Positions 11,875-28,560 of a DNA stretch of 64,000 nucleotides are shown piece by piece. The position numbers and the translations under genes are program-made. Below the pieces are notes generated by a model. It did no database searches, was not told where the DNA came from, and worked only from the letters and a program-made list of their open reading frames with translations. Position 1 is the first letter of the stretch. Every line of letters starts with the position of its first letter. Origin of the DNA: Octopus vulgaris (Eukaryota); assembly GCA_951406725.2 (NCBI GenBank), contig OX597834.1, positions 15,438,001 through 15,502,000 on the forward strand. The letters are read 5' to 3'.

Positions 11875-12385
11875 CTACTTATGTGTTTCATCACTGATTC
11901 TATGGCCATGCTGGGGCACCAATATTTTCATCACCTTTTGATGGCCATATTGATTTGGTCGGCATTTGCCGTGGTATAGGGTCCTCTGTGGTCTTGGACG
12001 ACAAAAGTTCAAGGCTCTTCATGGAATCCTTAACTCCCACCACCTACCCACTCCTTATAGACCTCTCCGGTTTAAGGGCCATACATTAAACTGCTGTTGA
12101 CCCTTCAAACCCAAGCAATGGAAATACATGGTCCTTACTCAAGTTCGAGTGGTGAGATCTTTGACCACCCGCACTGACTTCCTGTTCGAGAATTCTTATA
12201 ACTCGCAATCTTAAAGTCTGGTGGCAACGTCTCCATAATCTTTCACATACATATCACTGTAGGTTATTATATCATTACATCTTTCGCTCCAGAGAGAAAA
12301 GCCGAAAGTCTTAGAGTCTCTCCCTGTATCTTAGCTGTCATATTGAAGCAATAAATTTGGTGGTAGCCCCATTGAATTGCTTAGA
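11875..12385 (-). pseudogene. Decayed 3' end of a CR1/L2-group LINE carrying the SINE-A-type tail
   Basis: Frameshifted remnants TKFIASI..RYRERL, SLER, KIMETLPPDF, RTG and GLKGQQ.FNV; tail ggtgccccagcatggccat...gatgaaacac. Confidence 0.6.
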
Positions 12386-12388
12386 ATT

Positions 12389-12572
12389 GCAGCAACGCTT
12401 CCTGTCCGCCTTGACACATCTCCTAGCAGGCCATACTACGCCGGACTGATGACGAGCAAAGACTAAGAAACTAGTCTCTGTATGCAGTATTAGCTGGGTG
12501 GAGATGCATATCTCCCCCTTGTAAACATAAGGACACGGGAAATGTGTCAAGGCTGACAGGAAGCGATGCTGC
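12389..12572 (+). mobile_element. ~184-bp fold-back unit enclosing a hammerhead motif (retrozyme-like or Penelope terminus)
   Basis: 31-bp inverted arms gcagcaacgcttcctgtccgccttgacacat / atgtgtcaaggctgacaggaagcgatgctgc (2 mismatches), plus an internal hairpin ggagat-gcat-atctcc. Confidence 0.6.
12442..12480 (+). ncRNA. Type I hammerhead ribozyme motif, canonical core, weak stem II
   Basis: cgga CUGAUGA cgagcaaagactaa GAAA ctag UC tctg; palindromic stem III and GUC cleavage triplet. Confidence 0.6.
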
Positions 12573-12687
12573 TTCCTAGGGCTAAATAGCAGTAGTGTGA
12601 TTCCCTTCATGGGACTGTCACATTAAGTTGACAATATACAACTACTCTGTCGAACCACTACTGCATATATCTCTCTGAGATATTTAG

Positions 12688-12721
<34 letters not shown>

Positions 12722-12725
<4 letters not shown>

Positions 12726-12952
12726 CTTTACTACCCACAAGGAGCTAAACACAGAGGGAACAAACAAGGACAGACAAAGGGATTAAGTCGATTACATCGA
12801 CCCCAGTGCGTAACTGGTACTTAATTTATCGACCCCGAAAGGATGAAAGGCAAAGTCGACCTCGGCGGAATTTGAACTCGGAACGCAACGACAGACGAAA
12901 TACGGCTACGAATTTCGCCCGGCGTGCTAACGTTTCTACCAGCTCGCCGCCT
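12722..12952 (-). mobile_element. SINE family B, full length
   Basis: tatttctttactaccc...gccagctcgccgcct-type ends; abuts (TA)n. Confidence 0.9.
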
Positions 12953-12996
12953 TTATGTACATATATGTACGCAGGCATGTATGTGGTATATATACG

Positions 12997-13028
<32 letters not shown>

Positions 13029-13589
13029 AATGTCGAACTATGAAAATGAGTCCTCAACACCGCATTGTTGGATAGAACTTCTCTATTTGTTTATTAAGGC
13101 TACCATTGGTTTCATATGTATAAATATGTGATTAACATATATGTGTAAATATATTTGTATGTGTGCGTGTGTATATATACAGATATATGTATATATATAT
13201 TTATGCATGGATATATGCCTGGTGGGTGTAGAAGTATTGACGGGAATCATTTGCGTTTGTTAGGACCGAGATTATTTTCTTTGATTTCAAATTTTCCCTC
13301 TTTCTTCCGTGCAGTTTCCACAGCTATTATCTGCAAACCATTATGGTATCGTTATCATCATAATATCCTTATTATTATTATATGATTTTAACATCAACGA
13401 TATAACTTTCATCCATAAACTGTTATGCTTAACCAATGTTAGATTTGCCAGTGAAGTTGTCTAACTGCAGACTTTTTATTGCTATTTAAGGAATCGTTTA
13501 TGCTTATGCATATATTGAACTACATCTTAGAACATATTGTAGTTATCTTCTATAAATATATTAAATATATACAAACACACACGTATCTT

Positions 13590-15427
<1,838 letters not shown>

Positions 15428-15629
15428 AAAAACATCTAGACAAGCTGCTTTCCGGGATCCCAGATGAACCCACTGCAAGGTACGAAGGTAACCTAAGGGC
15501 AGCAGCTACAAACTCTCTCTAGATCAGTGGCCAGCCACGGCAAACTGGACTTAGAGAGGGTAGCAACAAGGGCGGTGCCCCAGCATGGCCTCAGCCGGAT
15601 GGCTGAAACAAGTAAAAGAGTAAAAGAGT
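15428..15629 (+). mobile_element. 5'-truncated CR1/L2-group LINE 3' end; candidate partner LINE of SINE A
   Basis: Encodes [30 protein letters not shown], followed by ggcggtgccccagcatggcc...gctgaaacaagtaaaagagtaaaagag. Embedded in (TA)n. Confidence 0.75.
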
Positions 15630-15649
15630 ATATACATATATATATATAC

Positions 15650-15686
<37 letters not shown>

Positions 15687-15739
15687 CATATATATATACA
15701 TATATATATATACATATATATACATATATATATATATAC

Positions 15740-15884
<145 letters not shown>

Positions 15885-16014
15885 GATAAGAAAGTTTGTT
15901 TGGTAAAGCACGTGGGTGAATATATAAGAAAATAGTAAAGTGTGAAAAAACGACAGAAGGCTTAAATGTTAAAAGATATATATATTTGTGTCAAAATGTC
16001 TGGAGAATATTGGA

Positions 16015-16049
<35 letters not shown>

Positions 16050-16084
16050 CCTTTCCTTAAAATGACATAATTTTTAAATTTTTA

Positions 16085-16124
16085 AAGAAATTACCGGTTT
16101 CGCGTGTAGCTTTTCAAATTTCTT
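16085..16124 (-). ncRNA. Minimal type I hammerhead ribozyme with U3-A8 covariant core
   Basis: rc: aagaaat UUGAAAA gc-tacac-gc GAAA ccgg UA atttctt. Perfect 7-bp stem I and palindromic stem III, ~135 nt downstream of the GIY-YIG stop. Confidence 0.8.
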
Positions 16125-16259
16125 GTGACGTTATGTTTATATTGCATGGATTTATCGTTGTTTTTATTTCCAGGAGATTTCTAAATAAGGGGAGGTAGTG
16201 AGTGATTTTTTCCGGTGTAGGGGAGATAATCGCTTAAAAATTTTTTTCCCATTTCCTTG

Positions 16260-18491
<2,232 letters not shown>

Positions 18492-18923
18492 GTTCATACT
18501 TATCCTTCTCTATACAGTCATGTATATATGTAGATTGAAATGGAGAATCAAATCTCCGCCCTGTGTATGTATATCTTCATCTCTCTTTTTTTATGTTTTT
18601 CGAGGTTTCACAAAATATAAATCTTGCCCATGATTCATTACATTGCTCATGTCTATCGCCATAGACAGAAACGCGCAGGCGAACTCAAACCCATTTGTAA
18701 ATGAAGTCAGATACAGGGGAAAAAACACAAACACGTACTAACAGTGAAATATATGTATGGTTGCTTGTATAACAGATATTAGTTATTCTTGCATAACTAC
18801 GTCTGCACGAGATCGTAGAGATCAGGTATGGCCGGGAAAACTCACATCCACACACATGCATTCGCACACATATATATGCATGTGTATGTGTATATATATA
18901 TATATATATACCTGATCCCTACG

Positions 18924-18956
<33 letters not shown>

Positions 18957-18958
<2 letters not shown>

Positions 18959-19150
18959 GATGTCGTATGAAATCGTTCCCGGACTAGTAATGTAGTGCGC
19001 CAACAGATGGCAGTACACGCTTGCATGCACAGTGAGAGAGAGAGAGAGAGCTAGCAAGGATCTCCATCACTGTACTTAATTCGTAAGTTGTGAAATTTGT
19101 TTTTGTGATTAAATGTATGCTGTAGTCTGCTTGTCTCACTTGTCGACAGA
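18957..19150 (+). mobile_element. Possible mariner 5'-terminal remnant
   Basis: TA-cgatgtcgtatgaaatcgttcccggact resembles mariner TACGAGG...AAAAGTTCCCGGACT TIRs. No partner TIR or ORF seen. Confidence 0.4.
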
Positions 19151-19158
19151 ATAAATAA

Positions 19159-19201
<43 letters not shown>

Positions 19202-19273
19202 GGAGTAAACACATAAATGTGAAACAAGGTGGAAAAAAGAGTACTCAAATACCAGTGGTAGAGTAATATGCTT

Positions 19274-19432
19274 TATTTAAAGCAGCAGAAAATTCAACAA
19301 AACCTGTTACTCTGAGTTTCACGTTCCCGTTTGTCGGACAGTTTTTGCTAGAATCTAGCAAAAACTGTCCGACGAACGGGAACGTGAAACTCAGAGTAAC
19401 AGGTTTTGTTGAATTTTCTGCTGCTTTAAATA
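19274..19432. repeat. 79-bp-arm palindrome (1-nt spacer, 1 mismatch) carrying divergent hammerhead motifs
   Basis: Centre ctaga-a-tctag at 19353; part of a TA-flanked insert (~19200-19440). Confidence 0.95.
19361..19407 (+). ncRNA. Type I hammerhead motif, C4 variant (mirror copy on - strand at 19299-19345 carries G8A)
   Basis: aaaactgt CCGACGA acg-ggaa-cgt GAAA ctc-a-gag UA acaggtttt. Confidence 0.65.
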
Positions 19433-19746
19433 GAGTATATATATATATTAGTAAGTATCCAAATCAATATATTTAACTTATTTTTATTATAATTTTTATT
19501 GTAATCGTTTATTTTTCGCATTAGTCTCGTTGGTTGATAGTTTGAATTATTATATAAATTCACTTAAATTAATTTTTCATATATTTTAATGGGAGTACGA
19601 TTGATTATGTACTACATGCATGGAGTTGGATTACTTTCAAATGGTGAGAGTAAATTTCACTTCAAGACTTTTTCCTATCTTTATTTCAATTTTATCATTC
19701 ATGGAGCGTTTATTTAAATATATTTTATAATTCAAAATTTATTAAC

Positions 19747-19777
<31 letters not shown>

Positions 19778-19889
19778 ATCATATCCAAGGGAAATGGAAT
19801 TTAATTAAAATTTAAAATATTCAATCAAAATTTACATTTCCAGTGGTCTAACGTGCAAAAAAAATTAGTCAAGAAGACTATATATTAGT

Positions 19890-19999
19890 TATACGATATA
19901 GTGCATATTTATACACATAAGGAATCCACTTAACTGTTCTTTCTAATGTGTTGAATTCACGTAAGTGGATTCCTTATGTGTATAAATATACACTATATC

Positions 20000-20004
<5 letters not shown>
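19890..20004. repeat. Inverted repeat, 43-bp arms, 29-nt spacer
   Basis: tatacgatatagtgcatatttatacacataaggaatccactta / taagtggattccttatgtgtataaatatacactatatcgtata (1 mismatch). Confidence 0.9.
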
Positions 20005-20045
<41 letters not shown>

Positions 20046-20171
20046 AATAATAAAAATATTAGGGAGTAAATCCAAACTTACAGGGAAAAATTAGATTTAG
20101 GATTAAATCCAATTTTATAGTACTGTTTGATTTGCCTAATAGTGGTTTTATCTCTAATTTAATATAATATA

Positions 20172-20219
<48 letters not shown>

Positions 20220-21225
20220 CCGATGAATATAACAGTCTCTCTAATCCTCATTTGTTTAATATAATTCTTAATTTATTTATTTATTTAGATATGCAAGCTG
20301 TTAGTAAGGGTTTCAATGTGAATTCCTCTATTTGATTAATATTACATAGTCATTAGTTCCAGATATTGTTTCATTCCCATAATGCCTATTTATTGATATT
20401 TATTTGAATTTGCTAGACGTATATTTATTCATATAATGTCTATTGAATTTTATTTCAATTTATTAAACGTATATTTAATCCTGTGTCGACAACACAGAAT
20501 TTTATATAATTTTCTGTGGAGCCTATATAGCAGTAATCCTGCCTCTCAGACATATCTTTACATCTGTATATTACACACTTCTCACTCCAAAAATTTCTTA
20601 ATGAACATCTATTTTTATCTTTATTGCCACAATCACAGGTTTTATTAACAGGATCTTTCGCTCTTTCCTTCTTAACTTCCGTGACTATTTTTCCCGTTTC
20701 CAGAGTCACATTTATTTCCTGTGCCATGTGTCTTAATTAATGACTTATCTTTTTCTTCGTTCCTTGTTTTATCTACCTTAATATTTATATTGTAATTTAT
20801 TCTATGTTCGTTGTTGTAACTATAAGTATCAGTACATATATATATAAATCATTTGTATTAGTGTTTTTATTATCTTTTATCATTTTTGCTATTATTACTA
20901 CGTTTATTTTTTTCTCCTTTTTGAAGGCTGCAAGTTTATATTTTTCTGCCTAAGTGGGGAATCATTAAGGGTTATTTCCCCTCCTTCGCTCGTTGTGTGT
21001 TTCATACTATCGTTTTGAACCTCGTCATTCTGCCCTTTAAGTAAATCCTTTGTATTTTCCTGACACCTATTATCACATAAATCATTTAATTTTTCAGTAT
21101 TTTATTCAGATATAATTTTTGTAATGTTTTTTGAAACGAAAAAATTCGCCTTTAATTTGTGTGATTTCATTATTTAGTGATATTTGTTTTCCTTTGAAAA
21201 AAGTTTAGAGACAGCTATTTATATA

Positions 21226-21368
21226 TAGTTCAAATTTACAGAAAACTAAAGACGAAGACAGGTGTAGGAACAAGTGTAGGAACAGGTTAGGGAACAAGCA
21301 GGTGTATTAAGTTTTACGCTCGGGAAGAGTGGAAAAGCCTTTTACGTTTCGAGCCTACGCTCTTCGCG
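21226..21368 (-). mobile_element. Mini-Penelope family P fragment, hammerhead truncated by (TA)n
   Basis: aaagacgaagacaggtg...ttttacgtttcgagcctacgctcttcg is shared with 27823-28040 and 51325-51516. Confidence 0.7.
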
Positions 21369-21407
<39 letters not shown>

Positions 21408-22049
21408 ATATATATATACGAAATTTAACTCAATGACTATTGGTTAACCACCACCTGTCGTTGAGATCAGTTCTAATATGAGATCAATTCTGGGCAGACA
21501 TGGTTGCGAAGCGAACTACTTGACCAAAGATGCAAATTAGTATAAACGCATTTTGAGAACAAATAAGGTAGATAAGTTGTTATTACATAAATTTAATTTT
21601 ATAAGGACGCTCTTCCTCATAACTAATATTGGTTGGTCAAATAGGAAAGGAGTTAGAAAGAAGCCTGTACCCATATATGGGCATAGATTTATTCATTCAA
21701 TTCTGAATCAATTAAAGACGTTCGTACATGCTTAAACACTCATAAACATAAACAGTCACAGATATTCTCAAGCATGAGTTGTTGTGTATGTATATATATA
21801 TATAAATATGTGTTCGTGTGAATGCGTGTAGACGCATGCGTAGCAACAAATACACACAAGCATATATATATTCATATTCATATACCGAATCATAAGGATA
21901 TATAAGATATATAAATGTGTATATGTGTATACGCAGGGAATCCACAACAGGATATATGCCTACATACGTATACGCCATTGTGCATGTGCACATAATTTAA
22001 TGTTACATATATAATTAAACGGACAGATGGAGAGATAGAGGAAATACAA

Positions 22050-22092
<43 letters not shown>

Positions 22093-22196
22093 GGTAGACA
22101 AGTACATACATACGTATATATATAATATATATGTATATATATATATATGTATATATACAAATATATATATATATAAAATGTTTTATACATATCCAC

Positions 22197-22251
<55 letters not shown>

Positions 22252-22941
22252 TAGAGAGATCTGCATATCTATATTTATATCTAACCATGTGTCAATCTAA
22301 CTGTTTATCTATATGTGCATGCATATTTAGAAATATATCATGTATACATTTATATATTGTCTTTACACGAATTAATGAATTATTACGCCATTTATATATG
22401 TGGAAATATTACACAGTATATATACCTATACGTTTATATATATATATATATTTATATCTCTATACAAATATAAATGTATACATGTATAGAGAAACACAAA
22501 TGTGTATATACATATATATATGTGTATGTATGTATGTATGTATGTATAAAACATGCAATTAAATAACTTACTTTGTTATGAATCCTGGCATTATTCAATC
22601 AATTATGATTTCATTAAGCCATGCCTTCAGCTCAATATCTTAAATGAATACGATCACTTACTTGGCCTTGGGATATTAATTACAACCCAACATATATATA
22701 TATATATAGTGTGTGTGTGTCCATATTATATATACACGTGGAAAGCTAAAACCTCATAGTTATATATAGATGTATATACCCACAGGCTTACACAACACAA
22801 TTTATATAGCTATACACGTATATATGTGTGTGTGTGCGTATTTATGTATGCTTCTATGTATGTAGGCACACAGCATTGCAATCCATTTTAATGCTCATAT
22901 TCTTGTATTTATAAGTAAATCCTATCACACACACATAAACG

Positions 22942-22972
<31 letters not shown>

Positions 22973-22979
22973 ATGTATA

Positions 22980-23014
<35 letters not shown>

Positions 23015-23183
23015 GTGTGTGTGTATGTGTATGCGTGTATGTATATATATATATATACATATATATGTGCGTGTATGTGTGTACATATATATGTTTGTAT
23101 ATGTATATATATGTGTATAAGTGTGTATATATATATATGTGTGTTTGCATATGTATATATATATATGTGTGTGTGTGTATGTG

Positions 23184-23218
<35 letters not shown>

Positions 23219-23376
23219 ATGTATATATATATATATGTATATATATGTGAGTGTATGTGTATATATATGTGTGTGTATATATATATATATATATATGTGT
23301 GAGTGTGTGTGTATATATATTTATATGTGTGTGTATATATATATATATTATATATGTGTGTGTGTGTGTATGTATG

Positions 23377-23418
<42 letters not shown>

Positions 23419-23975
23419 TGTCTGTGTCTGTATGTGTGTATGTGTTTTGTACTTATACACATATATGTAAATGTTTCGAAATATGTAATTATGAATATAT
23501 GATTATCCGTGATTATACAGTTATCTTAGGTTTCTAAACAATCACAACACTAAATACTGCAATTATTATTTGTTGCAATTAGAGGGAATAAAGATTTGAA
23601 AATCCGGCCTTTATTAACGATGAATAATCAGGAAATTTCAGGGAGAGAAAAAAATATATATATGAACAACAACAACGGCAGAAACAATAAGAATATGAAA
23701 AAGCAACAACAGCAACAATAATAATAGCCCTTTAGTGATCCTGACTTCATTAACACATGTTGTTCCACTTCAATTATAACCCACCTAAATCAGGTATTGC
23801 ACTTTACGTATATACCCTTACTTCATGTATGTATGTATAGAAAGATAGATATATATATATATATATATAGATTGATAGAGAGATAGATTGGTAGATATAT
23901 AGATAGATAGATAGATAGATAGATAGACACATATGGATGTATATGTGTATATATATATATATCACACGTGATCAC

Positions 23976-24010
<35 letters not shown>

Positions 24011-24082
24011 AAGTTTAATTTAATATATTAAGTTTTGGAAAGAATGGAGCTGAACGAAGATTTAACAACATTCCTTTATTTT

Positions 24083-24168
24083 ATTTTCGACATAAGTTTC
24101 GAAGTCTGCAAAATCCCTAATTCGGAATGAATAAGGAGTCCATTATGCAGCTTTCTCTTCAGGAAAAT
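24083..24168 (-). ncRNA. Type I hammerhead ribozyme motif with long stem II, in a TA-flanked insert (~24008-24530)
   Basis: rc: attttc CUGAAGA gaa..ctgca...tgcag..ttc GAAA c-ttat-g UC gaaaat; 6-bp stem I, GUC site. Confidence 0.75.
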
Positions 24169-24557
24169 CCAGGAACTTAATTCTCCAACAAAATGCACAA
24201 CAAGTTTTTCGATGACTGCTCACGAGGAGCCCATAGAGATAATGATAAATAATGTCTATTTATAGGGGGTGACGCCAGATTGGTTGAAAGTAGGAGAAAA
24301 TGTTAGTTAAAATAGTTCAAGGGTTCAATCAAGGTTGGAGAAGGAAGGTAAAGGAAAATTAAAGTGAGGGAATGTATTCTGTATGACTGGTGTTTATATT
24401 TGATTTATTTTATGAATGAGTGCTCGTATGTATGAGTGTGTAAAATTGTTGTGAGTTTGTGAGTTTGCTACCCAGGTATCGGTTATCTTTCGAATTATCC
24501 GTAATAAGATAATTCGAAATTGTCTACGTTATATATATATATATATATATAAATTAA

Positions 24558-24755
24558 ACTGGCACTTCGTCGATTACGACAATTAATGTCTCAGTTGAAC
24601 CAGTGAACGGAAAAGCCTGCGCCTGAAGTTAACGTACAGATGGCTGAGCATTCCGCAGACATGCGTACTATTTATGTGATTCTCAGGGAGATTCAGCGTG
24701 ACACGAAATATGACAGAGCTGGCCCTTTGAATTGCACGTACTACTCATTTTTGCC
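24558..24755 (-). mobile_element. Diverged SINE C 3' fragment
   Basis: tggctgagcattccgcagac and gattcagcgtgacac match family C. Confidence 0.7.
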
Positions 24756-25139
24756 GTAACTGATTCGAAATTGTTACGTTCATATTAAATAGATTTAAAA
24801 TCAATACAAAGCAAGTCGAAAAGAGTATGTACGTAGCATAATTACATCAGACTTACAGTGAATTCATTCAAAAACCGGTATAAACATCCCTTGCATTTGT
24901 TCAGTAATAGCAATAAGTTAAATTTCACTTTCCTAACTATACCACTTAACTGAAAGATCGAGTAATATTTATGCTGACGAGAGCAGTTGGAGTTCAGTAT
25001 GTTATATAAAGATTTAGCTAAGTTCTTAACGTTTAGTGAGAAAGTGGATGCATACCATAAAATAGAGTATCCACTGTCTTTTTTTTTTTGGGGTTACTTC
25101 GGGGTAGTGTAATCTATATTTGTAGAAATTAGAGGGGAG

Positions 25140-25420
25140 TAATATGCTGTTTTAGCTTTAAACCTAATTTTATATGTGTGCGCGTGGGATCTAAGTTGTC
25201 TTAATCTGGGTTCTCCCGGGTTTCTAGCATTGTGCATGTGTGGTTTGTTGTGATTCTGATGGTTGGCATGTTGTTGTGATATGATTTGAGATATATGTCG
25301 CTTGAGCCTAGTATTAGGGATGTATTTTATTTGTTGGGAGAAGCCGCTGGCTGCGACCGCTTGGTTATAATACGAGGCATGGTTATCGAGTATTTCTTCG
25401 GTGGATGAGAGGTCTGACAT
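25140..25420 (-). pseudogene. Penelope-like RT C-terminal fragment
   Basis: SDLSSTEEILDNHASYYNQAVAASGFSQQIKY resembles the PLE thumb motif (LSSxEExF...YxxALxxSGY/F). Confidence 0.6.
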
Positions 25421-25995
25421 ACAAACAAAAGTACTTTTAACTGTATTATCGCTTTAGTAACCCCCACCACTGTACCATTGTCTATACCCATCCCTCCAAC
25501 TTAGTGCCTTTCAAGCATATCACCCAACCACCCACCTCTCATACGTATTCATTCCTCACATTCTTATCTCTTCCTATCCCTCACCTTCTCCTCTCCCATC
25601 CCTCTCATGATATATTGACCACCAACTAACACTTCTTTTTCCTTCCTCTTTCTTTCTTCTTTCCTCACCCATACCTTTTGACCTCTCTCCTTATTTTAAC
25701 ATACACTCATCTCTTTGTACTTCATAATCACTACATTCTCAACTTCTATTAACACTTTCCATTTGTAATGACAAGTTATGAACTATCGGAATTGACATAC
25801 CATGGACAAGAAGCATTTCAACCACTTCTATATAACACTTTTCTTGGATAATGGAACTGCAAAAATAACATCCTTCATATATTTTTCTTTTTACATTTAT
25901 TCCCATATTTCCCTTTATACTCTTTATTTCCATCCTTTTCCAAAATACCTCCTTATATTGAACTCTATTATTTCTCTATGTAACCATCTCCCATC

Positions 25996-26043
25996 GTGTC
26001 TGAGGAAGGGATATCCTTAACATCCCTGAAACAGCTGTAAGAC
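25996..26043 (+). ncRNA. Type I hammerhead motif (one stem I mismatch)
   Basis: gtgt CUGAGGA agggat-9nt-atccct GAAA cagctg UA agac; palindromic stem III. Confidence 0.65.
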
Positions 26044-26338
26044 AAACTTCCTTTTTATAAAGGTCCTGAAAATTCCACACAGCCTTGGATTTGTTGTATC
26101 ATTCAATTTAACATGTACATGCTGATAGAAGTCCAACATTTGACTCCTCATTCGTATTACTATCGAAACGTGAGTCTAACTACGGTCATTCCATAGCACT
26201 TATTTAGACTTACCTGCCACCTTGGGTCTTCTGGATACCAATACCTCTCATCTACGCATATATATGTATATATATACATGTATGTGTATGTGTTTATGTA
26301 TATATATATATATTTATATGTGTGTGTATGTATGTATG

Positions 26339-26371
<33 letters not shown>

Positions 26372-26590
26372 GTATGTATGTATATATATATGTATATGTA
26401 TGTGTATATGTATGTATATGTATATATATATATGTATATATATGTATGTATATATGTATGTATGTATATATATATGTATATATATGTGTATATGTATGTA
26501 TATGTATATATATATATGTATGTATGTATATATAAATATATACATACATATATTTATATATAATATATATATATATAAATATATATATGC

Positions 26591-26626
<36 letters not shown>

Positions 26627-26633
26627 GTGTGTA

Positions 26634-26675
<42 letters not shown>

Positions 26676-27668
26676 CCTGTATATTAATAAGTTTGTGTAT
26701 TTCGAAACATATATATGTATGTGTACATATATGTGTGTGTGTGTGTGTGCACGTATATGTCCGTGCACGAGTGCGGGTGTACGTGTGCGTGCGCGCACGT
26801 CTGTGTGGGCGTTTGTAAGTAAACATCTTCTAATAGTTATCAATATGAGAAAGTAAGCAACATCTAGTGTAAATAAGAAAACAGAAACCTAATAGCTCCA
26901 TTACCAAACAGACTTAAATTAGATATGTGTCCCACGAGAACGTTTAATGAATTTGTCCGCAATTCTCCCCACTTCGTATCCCCTCACACTCGCTCTATAT
27001 TTCTCTCACTCTCTTTTATTTTTCCTCTTTCCCTCTCTCTCTCTCTCTCCCTCTCTCTCTCTTTCTCTCTTTCTCTCCCTGTCTCTTACGTTCCGTCTGT
27101 ATTCCCATGCACGCCATTACGGCATGTGCTTCAAATTTTAAACACTCGTGTACAACGTCACACCGACGACAACAACAACATCAAACAAAAACCCAACATA
27201 CCTGAAGTTAGACAGTTTTATCTATATATCAATAATAAAAGCTAATAGGAGTGGAATTTTAATACATATTTCAAATCAACGTATATGCATACATAGACAA
27301 ATACACACGTGTACATGTGCGTGTTCGTGTGTGTGTGGTGTGTGTGCATTTATGTGTGAACGTGTGAAAGACGGAGAAGGAAAAAGAAAGAAACATATAA
27401 GTATGTACAGAATCATACACATATACACACATGAATATATCTACATAACTACGTGCATATATAAATGTGTGTTTGATTATGTATATATATATGTGTGTGT
27501 GTGTGTATACATACATATATACATATATATATATACATGCATATATACATATATATATACATATATATATTTACATACATATACATATATATATATATGT
27601 ATGTATATATATACATATATACGTACATATATACATACATATATATGTATATATATACATACATATAT

Positions 27669-27708
<40 letters not shown>

Positions 27709-27737
27709 GTATATATATATACATACATATATATGTA

Positions 27738-27774
<37 letters not shown>

Positions 27775-27777
27775 GTA

Positions 27778-27814
<37 letters not shown>

Positions 27815-27822
27815 GTATATAT

Positions 27823-28040
27823 AACGGGAAGCTTTATGAAAATAGACAAAAGACGAAGGCAGGTGGAAAACAAACGAACAATTGTATTAGTATGGCGCTC
27901 AGGAAATATAAATAAAACAAGTATTTAACGTTTCGAGCCTACGCTCTTCAACAGAAAGATACACAGAGAGAAAAAAAACACAGAAAGAAGGAGAGAAAAA
28001 AAAATGCGTGCAGTAGCTAACGAATCAACATGGCGATCTC
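27823..28040 (-). mobile_element. Mini-Penelope family P element inside (TA)n, with minimal hammerhead at 27921-27962
   Basis: rc: gtatcttt CUGUUGA A gagc-gtag-gctc GAAA cg UU aaatac. Confidence 0.7.
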
Positions 28041-28329
28041 TATATATGTATATATATATATACATATATACATACATATATATGTATGTATATATATATA
28101 TACATTTACATATATATATGTATATATACATATATATATATATGTATGTGTACATATATATGTGTATATAATGTATATACATATATATATACATATGTCT
28201 ATATATATGCATATGTATATGTACGTAAATATATACACTTATATACATACATATATTCGCTTTATGTTCACACACACACACACATTCACACAAATATATA
28301 TACTGACATATATACGTATATATAGAGTC

Positions 28330-28470
28330 TTCGTAATTTAGCGATTCGGCAAAAGGCCGATAGAATAAGTACCAGGCTTACAAAGAATAAGTCCTGGGGT
28401 TAGTGTCTTCGACTTAAAGGCGGTGCTTCAACATGGCCGCAGTGAAATGACTGTAACGAGAAAAAGAAAT
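28330..28470 (+). mobile_element. SINE A 3' fragment
   Basis: ttagcgattcggcaaaa...gcttacaaagaataagtcc...catggccgcag. Confidence 0.8.
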
Positions 28471-28507
28471 ATGCAAATGTATACATGCATACATATATAT
28501 ATATGTA

Positions 28508-28560
<53 letters not shown>

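Noticed and set aside
18640-18685. Hairpin tgtctat-cgcc-atagaca followed by GAAA-cgcg
   Set aside because: No CUGANGA upstream and no UH site; at most a decayed motif.
24966-25010. Hammerhead-like CUGACGA-gagc...gttc
   Set aside because: The required GAAA reads AGTA; too degenerate to call.
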